Below are positions 1 through 12,467 of a stretch of DNA of 64,000 nucleotides, piece by piece. This DNA is from the human T2T-CHM13v2.0 reference genome, Homo sapiens, in NCBI RefSeq assembly GCF_009914755.1, contig NC_060934.1, one strand, 5' to 3'. The notes under the pieces were generated by a model, which searched no databases, was not told where the DNA came from, and worked only from the letters and a program-made list of their open reading frames with translations. Both the position numbers and the translations under genes were made by a program. How positions within the stretch are numbered: the stretch's first letter is position 1; each line of letters begins with the position of its first letter.

Positions 1-1048
1 AAAAAAATGCTCTGTTTTCTGTTTTTTGTTTTTTGTGTTTTTGTTGTTGTTGTTTGTTTTAATCCTGTAAATGCCAGCTGAAGGAAAAGTTTCTGCCTCT
101 TCTGTACTGAATTGTATCAGAAAGAGTTGGCACATATTGTCCAAATGCAATGACAAACATTATAATTATTTTCAATGGTAAAAGGAAAAAAAAAGGATAA
201 AACTTAAGTTTTTATCTTCATGTTTCTCTTGTTATTACAAGAGACTCACATTTCTTTGCACATTTTGAATAGCAAATAACCCTTGCTGGAATGTTTCAAG
301 GGGAATGAGACAATTCCTTTCTTTTGTCATCCTCACAGTGTTAAACAAGGCACTGATTTTCATTCTCCAAGGGTGCAATCTGACTTCATTTTATTTAGAA
401 ACCAGGACAGCATTAAACTCAACATTTACTCCCTAGATATTAATGACAACTGCATGAAATTGCTTGTGCAAAAATTAAACTTTCTCTCTCTTGCTGCCAT
501 TACTGATATGACAAAAAAAGTGTTAGTTTAATGGAATAAGTGATTTCTGTACTTAACAAAAAGAAAAGCATTTCCAAAAAACAAATGGTTTATTTTTTGT
601 CTAAAAAAGATACCCTGATACCTAAGTGGCCTCCCATCACTCAACACTACGGAGATGATTAGATACTTGGCACTTTGGGGCTCCCTTGTTAACCAGAGAA
701 GGTACCTTTAAAAACTAGAATCTTTTTTCTTTATTGGAAAACACGTCAAACCTAAATTTAATACAACATTTTAATATGTCCAAACTATAAAAATCAACTC
801 TGACAAGTTCATTTCCTAATCTAAATTTTTTAATAGTAAGAGGACATCTAAGGAATATTAAGTAGTACAGCCCAGAAAATATTGCTTAGGAGCTGTGAAT
901 ATTCCTCAAAACTAAAGATGTCCTGGATATAAGGTGTATTTCAAAATGACACATTAGACTAATATCCATTTAAAGGTAAACTGTTTTTTTACTTTGAGGG
1001 GAAAGTAAATTTTACTCTAAGGAGAAAACTATAGTTTTTCTTGTTTAA

Positions 1049-1543
<495 letters not shown>

Positions 1544-1629
1544 GCATCTCTTTCTTGAATGACGGCAATAACTGGTATGCCTCCACCTCCTCCTTTCTCT
1601 ATCTCGCTCTTTACTTTTTTCTCTCTTTT

Positions 1630-1960
1630 TTTCTGCTTTAGCACCTACTCCCTTCACACTTCTATCTAATTTACACACAACTTCCAGAATAATCTTTCTA
1701 AAATACACAATTGCTTAAACCTTTTGATGTTTCTCATATTTACAATACTCATCCTATAGCACAAGTGCCTCTGTGGGCTGGCCTAGCCTCACTCTCAGAC
1801 ATGTTTTGCCACTCTCTTCTGGCTTTTTTCCCCCTCAACAAATCAATCTATTTTCAGTTCTTGCAAAGCATCATGATCTGTCATGTCACTGTGCTCTGCC
1901 TGGGTTGTTTTCTATCCCTATTTCTCCCATGACAAGGTTCACTCAGGTCAACATTTCCAG
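1630..1960 (+). mobile_element. Degenerate L2 LINE fragment
   Basis: L2-like CCAGAATAATCTTTCTAAAATAC and pyrimidine-rich L2 3' region; highly diverged. Confidence 0.45.
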
Positions 1961-2399
1961 ACTGATCTCTCCCTCTCTCTATCTTATATATGTGTGTACT
2001 ATTTTTATCATCTATAATATGTTAATGACATAATAAATGGAATTATGAGATTATGGATATGAAATGTAGAAGAAAAAAGAGTCTGCATGTCGAGTGTCTT
2101 CTGTAACGGACCTTAGGTTTAGATTCTCAGTTTATTAAGAGGCCTGAGACTGACGTCTACAGTTTGTCACTCTTCTGGAAGAGCCATCTCAAACTACTCT
2201 CAGGATTATTTCAAACAGCCACATGTATGTGTATGGCATTGTGATGAGCTGAAGTCCTGCCCCTGCTCTGGATAATGTCTCCCTTGGAAGCAAAGAAAAG
2301 AGGAGTGTCCTCGGAAGCCCCACTTAGATCCTTTCTGACTCACCTGAGACTCAGGACAGTTTTTGGAGAGTCCCACAGTAGTAGTGTCTTAGGTCTATA

Positions 2400-2570
2400 G
2401 CAGGAGTTACTTAGGCAAACTACTGAAACTCAGCCATAGTGTTTGCGCCTGTAAAATTGAGGGGTTATGGGAGTAATATATTCCCCACCCTATTGTTGTG
2501 AGGTATAAAAAATAATACCGGATGAGATGCCTTTATCACAGTCATAGTCAGTCATCAATCATAGGTAACT
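2400..2570 (+). mobile_element. MIR fragment
   Basis: TTAGGCAAACTACT...CTGTAAAATTGAGG...TTGTTGTGAGG resembles the MIR core. Confidence 0.45.
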
Positions 2571-3064
2571 ACTCTGATGATTAAAACGAACTCATATTTG
2601 TTGAGATAGGAAACAAAAAGTATATCATATGAGACAGACAGAAGAAGGGCCAGAGAGAAAGAAAGAACCACCTCATTATTGTTCCATAACTAAAAATGCT
2701 GCCAGTACAAAGTTGAGGCCTGGTTAAGAGGAAAGGGAGTTACTTGGATTGACAGCTACTTCCACCACCAGAAAAGCACAGCACATAAAAAGAAAAGCAT
2801 AAAAACCTCTAGAGATGATTGAAGCAGGGTGAACTGGCCTCTGGACTAATGCTCCTTTATTCAAAACCATGCCCTTCTCATTAATCAGGGTCAGATTTGC
2901 CCCAAAACTCAATACTGGATCTGGGAAATAGCTCCAAATTGTACAAGGGGAAGGATGAGGGTATTTCAAGATGGTTTCAATTCTGTCCTTAGCCTCTCTG
3001 GAAGAAAATATGATGACTTTTTCTCTTAGTGTACAAATCTTTATCAGAGTATTTCACAAAGCAA

Positions 3065-4757
3065 CATTAAAGCATTTTAATTAAGTCCAGTATATCACTA
3101 TCTTCTTTGAAGGATCATGCTTTTTGTGTCATGTCTAGGAATGCTTTGAGTAACTATTGATCCTGAAGATTTTCTCCTATTTTTAATACAAGTTTTATAG
3201 TTTTATGTTTCATATTTAATTCTGTGATTTTTTGGACATAATTTTTGTATGAGATGCAAGACTTCAAGTGAGGCTTTTTTTGCCTAGGGATATCTAATTA
3301 TTCATTTAGCTCCTTTACTTTTTCAAAAATAAATCAGTTGGCCATCCTTAGGGGGTCTACTTGAGGGGTTTCTATTCTGTTCAATTGATTTATGTGTCTA
3401 TCCCAGTGCCAGTACCACACAGGGTTAATTACTGTAGCTATAAAGTGTTGAAATCAAGTAGACTCATGCTTCCCACTTTATTCTTCACTTCAAAATCATT
3501 TAACCTATCCTAGTTCCTTTACCTTTCCAAATACATTTTAAGATATTCTTGATCTATGTATACCAAAACCTTGCAGGGATTTTGAAAGGAATTATGCTAA
3601 ACCTGTGTATCAACTTGGAAAAAATTAAGATCTTCACTGTATCGAATCTTCCAAACTTTGTACGCCATACAACTATCTATTTATTTAGATCTTCTTTGAT
3701 TTCTTTCATTAGCATTTTGAAGAAATTTTCTGCATACAAGTCATGTACATATATGGTTAAATGTACACTTCAGGTTTTATTTTTTTCAGTGATTATATAT
3801 GGCATTGCATTTTTAATTTCAGCATTTACAGTTTATTGCTAAAATACAGAAACAAATTGATTTGTGTATGTTTATCTTGGCCTCTGTGACCATGTTAATC
3901 TCATGTATTAGTTCTAGGAGGTTGTCTCTTTTTCTTTCTTCTTATTTTTCAGATTCCTTAGGATTATCTAGATAGACACTAATGCCATCCATACACACAG
4001 TTTTACTTCTTCCTTCCCAATATAAATACTTTTAATTTTTATCTTATTTCACTAGTTAAAATATCCAGTATGATGCTGAAATGAAATAGTGACAGAAGAC
4101 ATTCCCATTTTGCTCTCAATCTTAATGGAAAAGCATCTAGTTTCTCGCAATTAAGTATAATGTTAGCTATAGGTTTTGTAGATGCTCTTAGTCATGTTGA
4201 GGAAGTTACTCCCTATTTCTAGTTTGAGGACAGGCTTTATAATGAATGAATGTTGGATTTGTCAAATTATTTTTCTGAATCAATTGGTATGATCATACAA
4301 TTTTCCTTTAGCTCGTTGATGTGGTGAATTGCAATGATTGATTTTTTGAATGCTGAGCAAGTCTCACATACCTGAAGTCAATCTCACTTGATCACGATGT
4401 GTGATTATTTTCATATATTATTAGATTTGATTTACTAATATTTTGTTGAATATTTTTGCATCTGTAAAAGATATTGGTTTGTAGTTTTCCTTTCTTTTCA
4501 CGCCTTTTTCTGGTTTTGGTATTAGGGCAATACTGGCCTCATAAGATAAATTAGGGAGAATTCTCTCAGCTCCTATTTTACTGAAGAGATAATGAAAAAT
4601 TGGTATAATTTTTTCTTTAACTGTTTGGTGAAAGTTACCATTGATATCACACTAACCTGATGCTTCTGTTTTATAAGATTATGAATTACTAATTAAAGTT
4701 TTTTTTAATAGTTATAATCCTGTCAAGATTATCTGTTTCTTCTTTTGTGAGCTTTTT
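3065..4757 (-). mobile_element. Old L1 (L1M-class) ORF2 fragment
   Basis: T-rich antisense L1 ORF2 pattern, e.g. GTGCCAGTACCACAC, TTATTTAGATCTTCTTTGATTTCTTTCATT, GGTTTTGGTATTAGGGCAATACTGGCCTCATA. Confidence 0.85.
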
Positions 4758-4778
4758 GATCGGAGGTCCCTTCCTTTT

Positions 4779-5013
4779 CAGACTGGCTCTACTTGCTCCT
4801 CAGCCTACAGATGGCCTATTGTGGGACATTGTGATGGTGTGAGTTAATATTTAATATTTAATGAACTCCTATATCTAAAAATGGAATATATTATATATAT
4901 AAATGGAATATATATATATTCCATTTATATATAATATATATGATATATATATTATATATATATATTCCATTTGTTTTATAGTGCCATCCCTCTAGAGAAC
5001 CCTGACTAATACA
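4779..5013 (+). mobile_element. MLT2 (HERV-L LTR) 3' portion with internal TA-rich tract
   Basis: CTTGCTCCTCAGCCTACAGATGGCCTATTGTGGGAC...GTGAGTTAATA and terminal CCCTCTAGAGAACCCTGACTAATACA match the MLT2A/B 3' end. Confidence 0.85.
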
Positions 5014-5018
5014 GATTT

Positions 5019-6312
5019 AGATGAGAAAGTACTTGAGAACTGGAACAAAGGTGACCCTTGCTATGCTTTAGCAAAGAGAGTGGCATTTTGCCCCTGCCCT
5101 AGAGATCTGTGGAACTTTCAACTTGAGAGAGATGATTTAGGATATATGGCAGAATAAGTTTCTAAGCAGCAAAGCATTCAAGAAGCAGAGCATAAAAGTT
5201 TGGGAAATTTGCAGCCTGACAGTGCGATAGAAAAGAAAAACCTATATTCTGGGGAGAACCTCAAGCATGCTGCAGAAATTTGCATAAGTAACAAGGAGCT
5301 GAATGTTAATCACCAAGACAATGGGGAAAATGTCTCCAGGGCATGTCAGAGACCTTCATGACAGCCCTTCCTATCACAGATTCAGAGACCTAGAAAGTCC
5401 TGAGGGACGTCCTGCTATGGTGCAGCCCCATGACTTGGTGCCCTGCATACCAGCTGCTTCATTCCCAGCTGTGGCTAAAATGGGCCAACATATGGCTTGG
5501 CTGTTGCTTCAGAGGGAGCAAGCCCCAAGCCTTGGTGGCTTACACCTGGCGTTGGGCCTCTGGGTCCACAGAAGTCAATATTTGAGGTTTGGGAACCTCC
5601 ATCTTGGTTTCAGAGCACATAAAGAAATGTCTGGATGTCCAAGCAGAAGTTGGCTGCAGGGGTGGAGCCCTCATGAAAAACCTCTGCCAGGGCAGCACAT
5701 AAGGGAAATGTGGAGTCAGAGCCTCCATCCAGCGTCCCCACTGGGCCACTGCTTAGTGGAACTGTGAGAAGAGGGCCACTGTCCTCCAGAACCCAGAATG
5801 GTTGACCCACCAACAGCTTGTACCATGCACCTGGAAAAGCCGCAGACACTCAATGCCAGCCTATGAAAGCAGCCAGGAGAGGGGCTGGACCGTGCAAAGT
5901 CACAGGGGTGGATCTGCCCAAGGCTGTGACAGCCCACCTCTTTCATCAGCATGACCTGGATATGGGACATAAAGGCAAAGGGTTCATTGTGAAACTTTAA
6001 GGCTTAATGACTGCCCTGTTGGATTTCAGACTTGCATGGGGCCTATAGCCCCCTTGTGTTGGCCAATTTCTCCCCCTTGGAACAGACATATATACCCAAT
6101 GCCTGTACCACTATTGTATCTTGGAAGAAACTAACTTGTGCTTGATTTTAGTGGCTCATAGGCAGAAGGAACTTGTGTTGTCTCAGATTAAGACTTTGGA
6201 CTTGGACTTTTGAGTTAATGTTGGAATGAGTTAAGACTTTGGGGGACTGTTGGGAAGGCATAATTGTGTTTTGAAATGTAAGGTCATGAGATTTTGGAGG
6301 CTCGGGGCAGAA
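5019..6312 (+). mobile_element. THE1-type MaLR internal region, 5'-truncated
   Basis: GGCATTTTGCCCCTGCCCTAGAGATCTGTGGAACTTT...CTTGAGAGAGATGATTTAG; ends in polypurine tract GGGGCAGAA before the LTR. Confidence 0.9.
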
Positions 6313-6649
6313 TGATGGTTTGGCTGTGATCTCACCCAAATCTGATCTTGAATTGTAGTTCTCATAATCCCTACATGTTGTGGAAGGGACCTGATGTGAA
6401 GTGATTGAATCATGGGGAAGGTTTCCCCCATGCTGTTCTCATTATAGTGAGTCTCACAAGAGCTGATAGTTTAATAAATGTCTGGCATTTTCCTTTCTTG
6501 CAGTCATTCTCTGTTCTGCCACCATGTGAGGAGGTGCCTTCTGAGGCCCCCCCAGTCATGCAGAACTCTGAATCAATTAAACTTCTTTTCTTTTTAAATT
6601 ATCCAGGTTCAGATATTTCTTCATAGCAGTATGAGAATGGACTATAACA
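6313..6649 (+). mobile_element. THE1 (C/D-like) 3' LTR
   Basis: TGATGGTTTGGCTGTG...CCCAAATCTGATCTTGAATTGTAG; ends GAATGGACTATAACA. Confidence 0.9.
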
Positions 6650-7259
6650 CTGGGCAACATTAAAAAAGAAAATAAAAGTCTGCCCTTCATTGGCTTCTCT
6701 ATGTGAATAAAGGAGAAGTAGATTTCTTATAAATCTGCTTGAGTGTCAAGAAAATATATACATTGTCTGAAGTGCATGTAAGTGGCATAAGTTTTATACA
6801 TTTCAATTTGTTTTTTAGAGAAATAGAGCTTTGCAAATTTCTTTTTTCTATACAAGTCACCTCCAAGGATACAGTGCTAAAGACTGAATTTAGGCTTTTG
6901 GTAGTGAGGATGAAATATATTTAAGGAAAAACACATTTCATTTTAACATGCTCTTTCAAATTTCTCCTAAGCATTTTAAGAACATCTAATATCAGAAGTG
7001 CTGGAAAATTAATTAATTTCCCAGAGAAACATTATTGACTACAAAATGCTGTGCTGTAGAACCTAGCCTATTAACAAGGTTCTTATTGAAACATCTCTTC
7101 AATTTTCTTACTACTGTAGCAAGGTCAGCAATTGCTGACCTCTGAAGCTTCTTTTGATATTTTCTGTAACTCCAAGCCATACAATGCATTAGGAGAGACA
7201 TTCTATGAGACTAGTTGATAAGTAGTAGCTGCATATTCACAACTGGTGATCCCATGGGT

Positions 7260-7940
7260 GTCAAGCAAAGAGTTGTAGGAGACGGGGCCGCTTCCTACCT
7301 CATCACCACCTTATTATTCTTTTGTGTAAATGCTTGCTTTTGTGGGAGCCATGGCTATAGGCCGATGCTAAAAAATCACTGGCATGATGCAGATTGATTA
7401 ATAGGACAAAAGGCAAACAAATTTATTTACTTGTATACATGGCAGCCTTGAGAATAAAGACCCAACTTCCCAATGAGATACAGAAACTTGTATACCATTG
7501 TGAAGTTACAAAAAGAATGGGGGCTTGAATTCTGGTAAAACAGGTTATGGAACAGAGGCAAAGAGGAATTCTACTGAGGGGCAATAAATGATTGCTAGGG
7601 AGAATGATTGGATAGGGAACAGAGATTGATTTGTAAATAATTTTATTTGTGACTTAAATAATCTTTGGAGACAGTCATTATCATAAAAGGTCTGCTCAGG
7701 TGTGATCACAACTTGGCCTTCTTTTCTGCAATAGATAATGAGACAATAAGGAGGGAAGAAAGAGCAATTGTTCTCCTTGGTGGGTCTGAATCTCAGGCAG
7801 ATAAAGAAACTTCAGGTTTTTTTGGAAGAGACATGAAGGAGGGGTCTAGACTAAGAGAAGGTTAGAGAGGCCCTGAGGTTTCCTCAGTTCAGTATATCAA
7901 AATGCCACATTTTAGGTTATTGGTTTCTGAGCCCCCGCCA
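7260..7940 (-). mobile_element. ERV1 MER4-group LTR (MER31/MER67-like)
   Basis: Minus strand begins TGGCGGGGGCTCAGAAACCAATAACCTAAAATGTGGCATTTTGATATACTGAACTGAGG, preceded by purine-rich CAGGGAAA; left boundary uncertain. Confidence 0.7.
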
Positions 7941-9540
7941 TTTCCCTGTCTTAAGCTTTCCTAGATCTTTTACACAATGAAAGCTGAGTTGGTGGCTGTG
8001 AAAGAGAAATAAATATGAGTTAAAAGCAGAGTGACAATGGATTCCATTTAACCAGTTTTGGGATGAACCATTTCCATTAAGCAATTGTGTCTCATTTTAG
8101 AAGATAGTATCACACACTGTCTTTCAAACAGAAGAAAAATGTAGGTTATTGTTGGAAACAATCCATAAACTAGTTTCCTTTTCCTTCAAGTCTGGAAGTC
8201 AGTCAGTTGAAGTGTCTAGATTTCAGACTCAAAATTTCTCTGGTTAAATAGGAAGAAGGTGGTGGCAAGTTGACAAGTTTCTCTTGCCTGTGTCACAAGT
8301 ATGAGCTTCAGCTTGCAGGGTCTCAGGAAAAAGGTAGTAGCAATTTCATTTATTCCAAGTCAGAAAACGTAAGAAAAATTTTAAAATGTTAGTTTGGAGG
8401 CTTAGAGCCAGAAGACAATTCAGGATTCAGTCCAAATTTTAGAAAATAACAAAAACTCATTAATAATGGACAAGACAATAATCTAATAATGAGTATATTA
8501 TAATTTCCTTTTTCTCTCTTCAGTCATACCTTTCTACCAGATGCAAATCAAAATAGGGCCAATTAATTTGCAGAATAAGTCCCTGTTTTACTATATTTGG
8601 TCTGATTATTTGCATAAAGTGCAGCAAGAATAATTATTTGCCATAAAGGCTATTTTAAATTGGCTTTATTGGAACTTTATTTTTTGTAATATATAAGAAA
8701 TCTCAGATTAGAACTTTTATAAGCCTCTTGAGCCCAGCCAAGGGTTTATCTGTGTCTGCAGATACCTGTATAAGTTGGGTGAATTCCTCTCTTCTTGGGG
8801 TTCAGAATTACTTGAGGTTTCTGGGCCTGTCAAAAAGTTACATTCTTTGCTTACCACAGGTTAGAAACCCTGTAAAGTAACTAAATAGATAAGTAAAAAG
8901 GCTGATTTTTCCAAAAGACTTTTATTGGTTCTGTAAGTCTGCATCAATTCCTCAAAACAATCTGCTCATTTCTGAAAATATGCCATTCCAGTCAAAGGCT
9001 TCATAAAATAACTAGTGTCTCTAATTATGCCCTGTTACAACAGAAAACAGATTCTTAATAAACTTATGCAAATAACTATATTGCCATAAATTAGAAATAC
9101 ATATACTTTCCAAATTCTGGAGGAAATAGGTAAAGAGGAAGAAATGTGCTTTCAGTTTTTCTCAGAAGATTATACTTTACTTAAGTGTTAAAAGCTGTAA
9201 ACACAAGTTCAAAAGGAAAAAAAAGTTTTTTTGACTCTGAAAATCAAGACAAAATGCAACACTTCAAATAAAAAAGTTACTTAAAAGTATTTTAGTCTTC
9301 TGGTAGTTCAGTTCCATTCAATTAATTCATTCCACCATTTTTTAATTAGAGTTTTGGAAGGTTTATATTTCTTTTCTTTCCCTAGTCCAATGACACAATC
9401 TCCAAAGTCATCAGAAATCTGCATTCAAGAGCACCCATCAGAGTCCTTTCCATGAACTTCTCTAAAGAATAAGTAAATTTTGAACTGTATATGATTATAA
9501 ATCTTTTTTGTGAAAAGAATAAAAGTAAAAAATAAGTCTT
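7941..9540 (-). mobile_element. ERV1 MER4-group non-coding internal sequence (MER31-int-like)
   Basis: Contiguous with the LTR; MER4-int-type motifs TTCAGGATTCAGTCCAAATT, CTGATTATTTGCATAAAGTGCAGCAAGAAT, AACTTATGCAAATAACTATATTGCCATAA. Confidence 0.75.
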
Positions 9541-11339
9541 ATAAACCTCATTGATCAGGATATTTATTTGTTGTACATGATAGGTTTGCCACCAAGTTTG
9601 CTATATTAAATTGACTTTATCAAATTGTAATGTCAAATAAATAATTACTTCCAGGCTTAAGCAAACTGATTAAAAATTTAATAAGAAATATATATATAAA
9701 TTGGAAATTACAATATCCATAGAATATTAAGTTTAAAGAGGCCAAGAGAACATTTAATCAAACTCATTTACTTTATATACACACACAAAATGAAGGTACT
9801 AGATATATTGAAGTCTTTTCCATTAAATCTGCATTTTAACAATTTTCTCACATAAGTAATATAGTATAAAATATTTTAAAACTGCTACTCTAGCACTATT
9901 TTTGTTTTCTATAAAATATTAAATCTTATTTGCAATAAAGATTTGCCCTTGAGATAGAAATATATTTTAATGCAATAACAGGCAGCTAGATACCTGAGCT
10001 AGCTTATTCATAAGTAAGTCATTATAATAAATCATTGCCCACACATTTGGATGCATCAACTTTTTTATTTCTCTAACAGCACAGAAATAGTGAAAGCAAA
10101 TAAGAAAAAAAAATACACTTCCTATATATATGTACCAAATTTACAGACCTCCTGAAATACTTCTCTCAGATCATGATATTAGAATGACTGGTTGTACATG
10201 TAAAAAATAACTAAGTGGTATTAATGGGACTCTAAACACTTTGGGATAATTTTGCAAATAATTTTTCCCCAGTGCAAAAGAATCACAAAGATATATTAGC
10301 AAAGAATAGAAAAGTTAGTGGCTGAAGAGAGGAAAGGTGTACTATGGTTTAGTGAACTACTTAATTTCTGGAATCCTGCAGAACGCAATTAAAATTTAAA
10401 TGCAATTGTGAATGACCTGCTTTACTAATGAGCTTACAGTAAATGATTATTCCTAATACTCCTAATATATTCATTGAAAGGGAAACCTTAAATCTGAAAG
10501 ATTTGTTTTGACTATCAATTTATCATTATTACAACCTTTCTTTGCTTGGGTAAAACATACATGCTATTCTTTGTTAAATGAAAATGTCTTTGAAAATAAA
10601 CATTTATAATATAATTACTAGAACAATTGTGGTTAATGACTCATAAGGAACTCATATTACTCTTATATTAGTATAGCAAAATTGTTTTTTTGGGAAATTG
10701 CTAAGAAAATTAATTTTATATTTATTCCAAGATGTAATAAAATGATTTTATAATACAAAATAACCATAATAATAATAACTTATTATAAAATATCTGCCTC
10801 ATCAACCTCAGGCCTGATATAACAATTTATTTGTTATGGTCACTAAACACATAAAAGTATATTAGGCAAAATTAGATTATCTTTATCAATTTTTGTCAAT
10901 AAACTCAAGTTTGAAAGCCTAATCCTTGTTCAGTTAGAAACAATTTTATACTGATAATTCACTCATTTGCAAGAGAAACATTACTATTTGGCTGATTCAA
11001 ATAGATGATCAAAAAACTTTTAATACAACTGGAAATTATTGTGATTTATTGCAATTTATTAAAAGACTATAATGATTCAAAACTTTTTACATGGGAAAGT
11101 TACTTCTCACAGAATTAGTCTTGTTCTCTCACTGTCAGTCTTCCTTACTCTGTCAAAAGGAAGGGAAAGAGAAAAAATATTAAAAGTTTATTATTACAGT
11201 TTTCCTACTAAAGTTTTATAGCAAAGAGAGCTCTGTTCCATCAAATTATCCACTGATATCTCACAAGTTTGCCATTAGTGAATGAATGAATGAATGCATA
11301 CTAACCCTCTCAAAGCAGATGTTGCTTATTGGTTGGCAT

Positions 11340-11710
11340 TTTACTTTAAAGAGATTTCCTTTCTCCAAAATTTGTATACTTTTTTATTACATACACAATG
11401 AATTTGTGTCTTACTATTTTATTCAATGTGTTGTATTGTGATACAGGCATCATTTATTTTGATGCTCAAGTAGTACTAGATTTGGCCAATGTGAGCCATT
11501 TCAAGCTGGCTTCTCTATACCTTTCTGATACGTCACCATCAATTTTTGAGTATGTTCTTAATTTCTACCACACAGTTTTCCAGGTTATACCTTATACTTT
11601 CTCTGTCCCAGTCCTGAAATCAATCATTTCTCCAAGGAGACCCAGTTCCATTTAATAGAGAGTGGTATTTGAAGACCAAGACCTGGAAATTCATTATGCA
11701 TCTTACTATT
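11340..11710 (-). mobile_element. Old L1 (L1MC-like) 3' region fragment
   Basis: TTTATTTTGATGCTCAA...TTTGGCCAATGTGAGCCATTTCAAGCTGGC...TTTCTCCAAGGAGACCCAGTTCC...GAAGACCAAGA. Confidence 0.65.
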
Positions 11711-11925
11711 GAACTATAAAATGAATTGCCATACTTGCTCCACTTGATTCCTTACTAACTACTGAAGCATCCTCCAATTGTTTTCCTGCTTCCCTTCTCT
11801 CTTGCACTCTATACCAACCAAATTATTCATACGACAGCCAGATGTATCTTTTTAAAAATGAATATCAGATCACCTCTTTAACCTCCTTACTCTCTCTAAG
11901 GACTTCATTTTGCAAATTAAATTTT

Positions 11926-12006
11926 AGAAAGAAAAAAAGAAGGAGGAAAGGAAGAAGAAAAGAAGGAAGAAAGAAAAAAAGGAGAGGAGGAAAAAGAAAG
12001 AGAAAG
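11926..12006. repeat. GA-rich polypurine tract
   Basis: About 80 bp of A/G only. Confidence 0.9.
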
Positions 12007-12290
12007 ATCTGGAGATGTATTGTTTAATATAAGACCTATTATTAAAAATAATACATACTTAAACATTTGCTAAGAGGATAGATCTTATCATAAGTACTCT
12101 GAACATAAAACAGAAAACCAAAACAAACAAAAAACAGCAGTGCCAGGAGAAAGCTTTAGGAAGTGACAGATAAGTTGATTGAATTAACAATTATAATGGT
12201 TTCATGGGTATATATTTATCTCCAAACACATAAAATTGCATATATTAAATGTTTACAGCTTTTTGTATGTTAATATTACAGTAATAATGT
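12007..12290 (+). mobile_element. L1MA/L1MB 3' UTR terminal fragment
   Basis: TTTGCTAAGAGGATAGATCTTA...ATGGTTTCATGGGTATAT...CAGCTTTTTGTATGT. Confidence 0.75.
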
Positions 12291-12467
12291 GGAAAGAAAA
12301 AGAGAAAGAAGAAAGAAAGGAAGAAAGAAAGAAAGAAAGAAAAAGAAAAGAAAGAAAGAAAAAGAAAGGAAGGAAGGAAGGAAAGAAAAAGAAAGAAAGA
12401 AAGAGGATGGAGGGAGGGAGGGAGGGAGGAAGGAAGGAAGGGAGGGAGGAAGGAAGGAAAGAAGGAA
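12291..12467. repeat. (GAAA)n/(GGAA)n/(GGGA)n polypurine tract
   Basis: 177 bp of purines with a single T at 12408. Confidence 0.95.

Noticed and set aside
5303-6000. Overlapping ORFs up to 154 aa
   Set aside because: They lie in a THE1 internal region; MaLR-derived open frames, as at 19264-20476 and 44374-45624.
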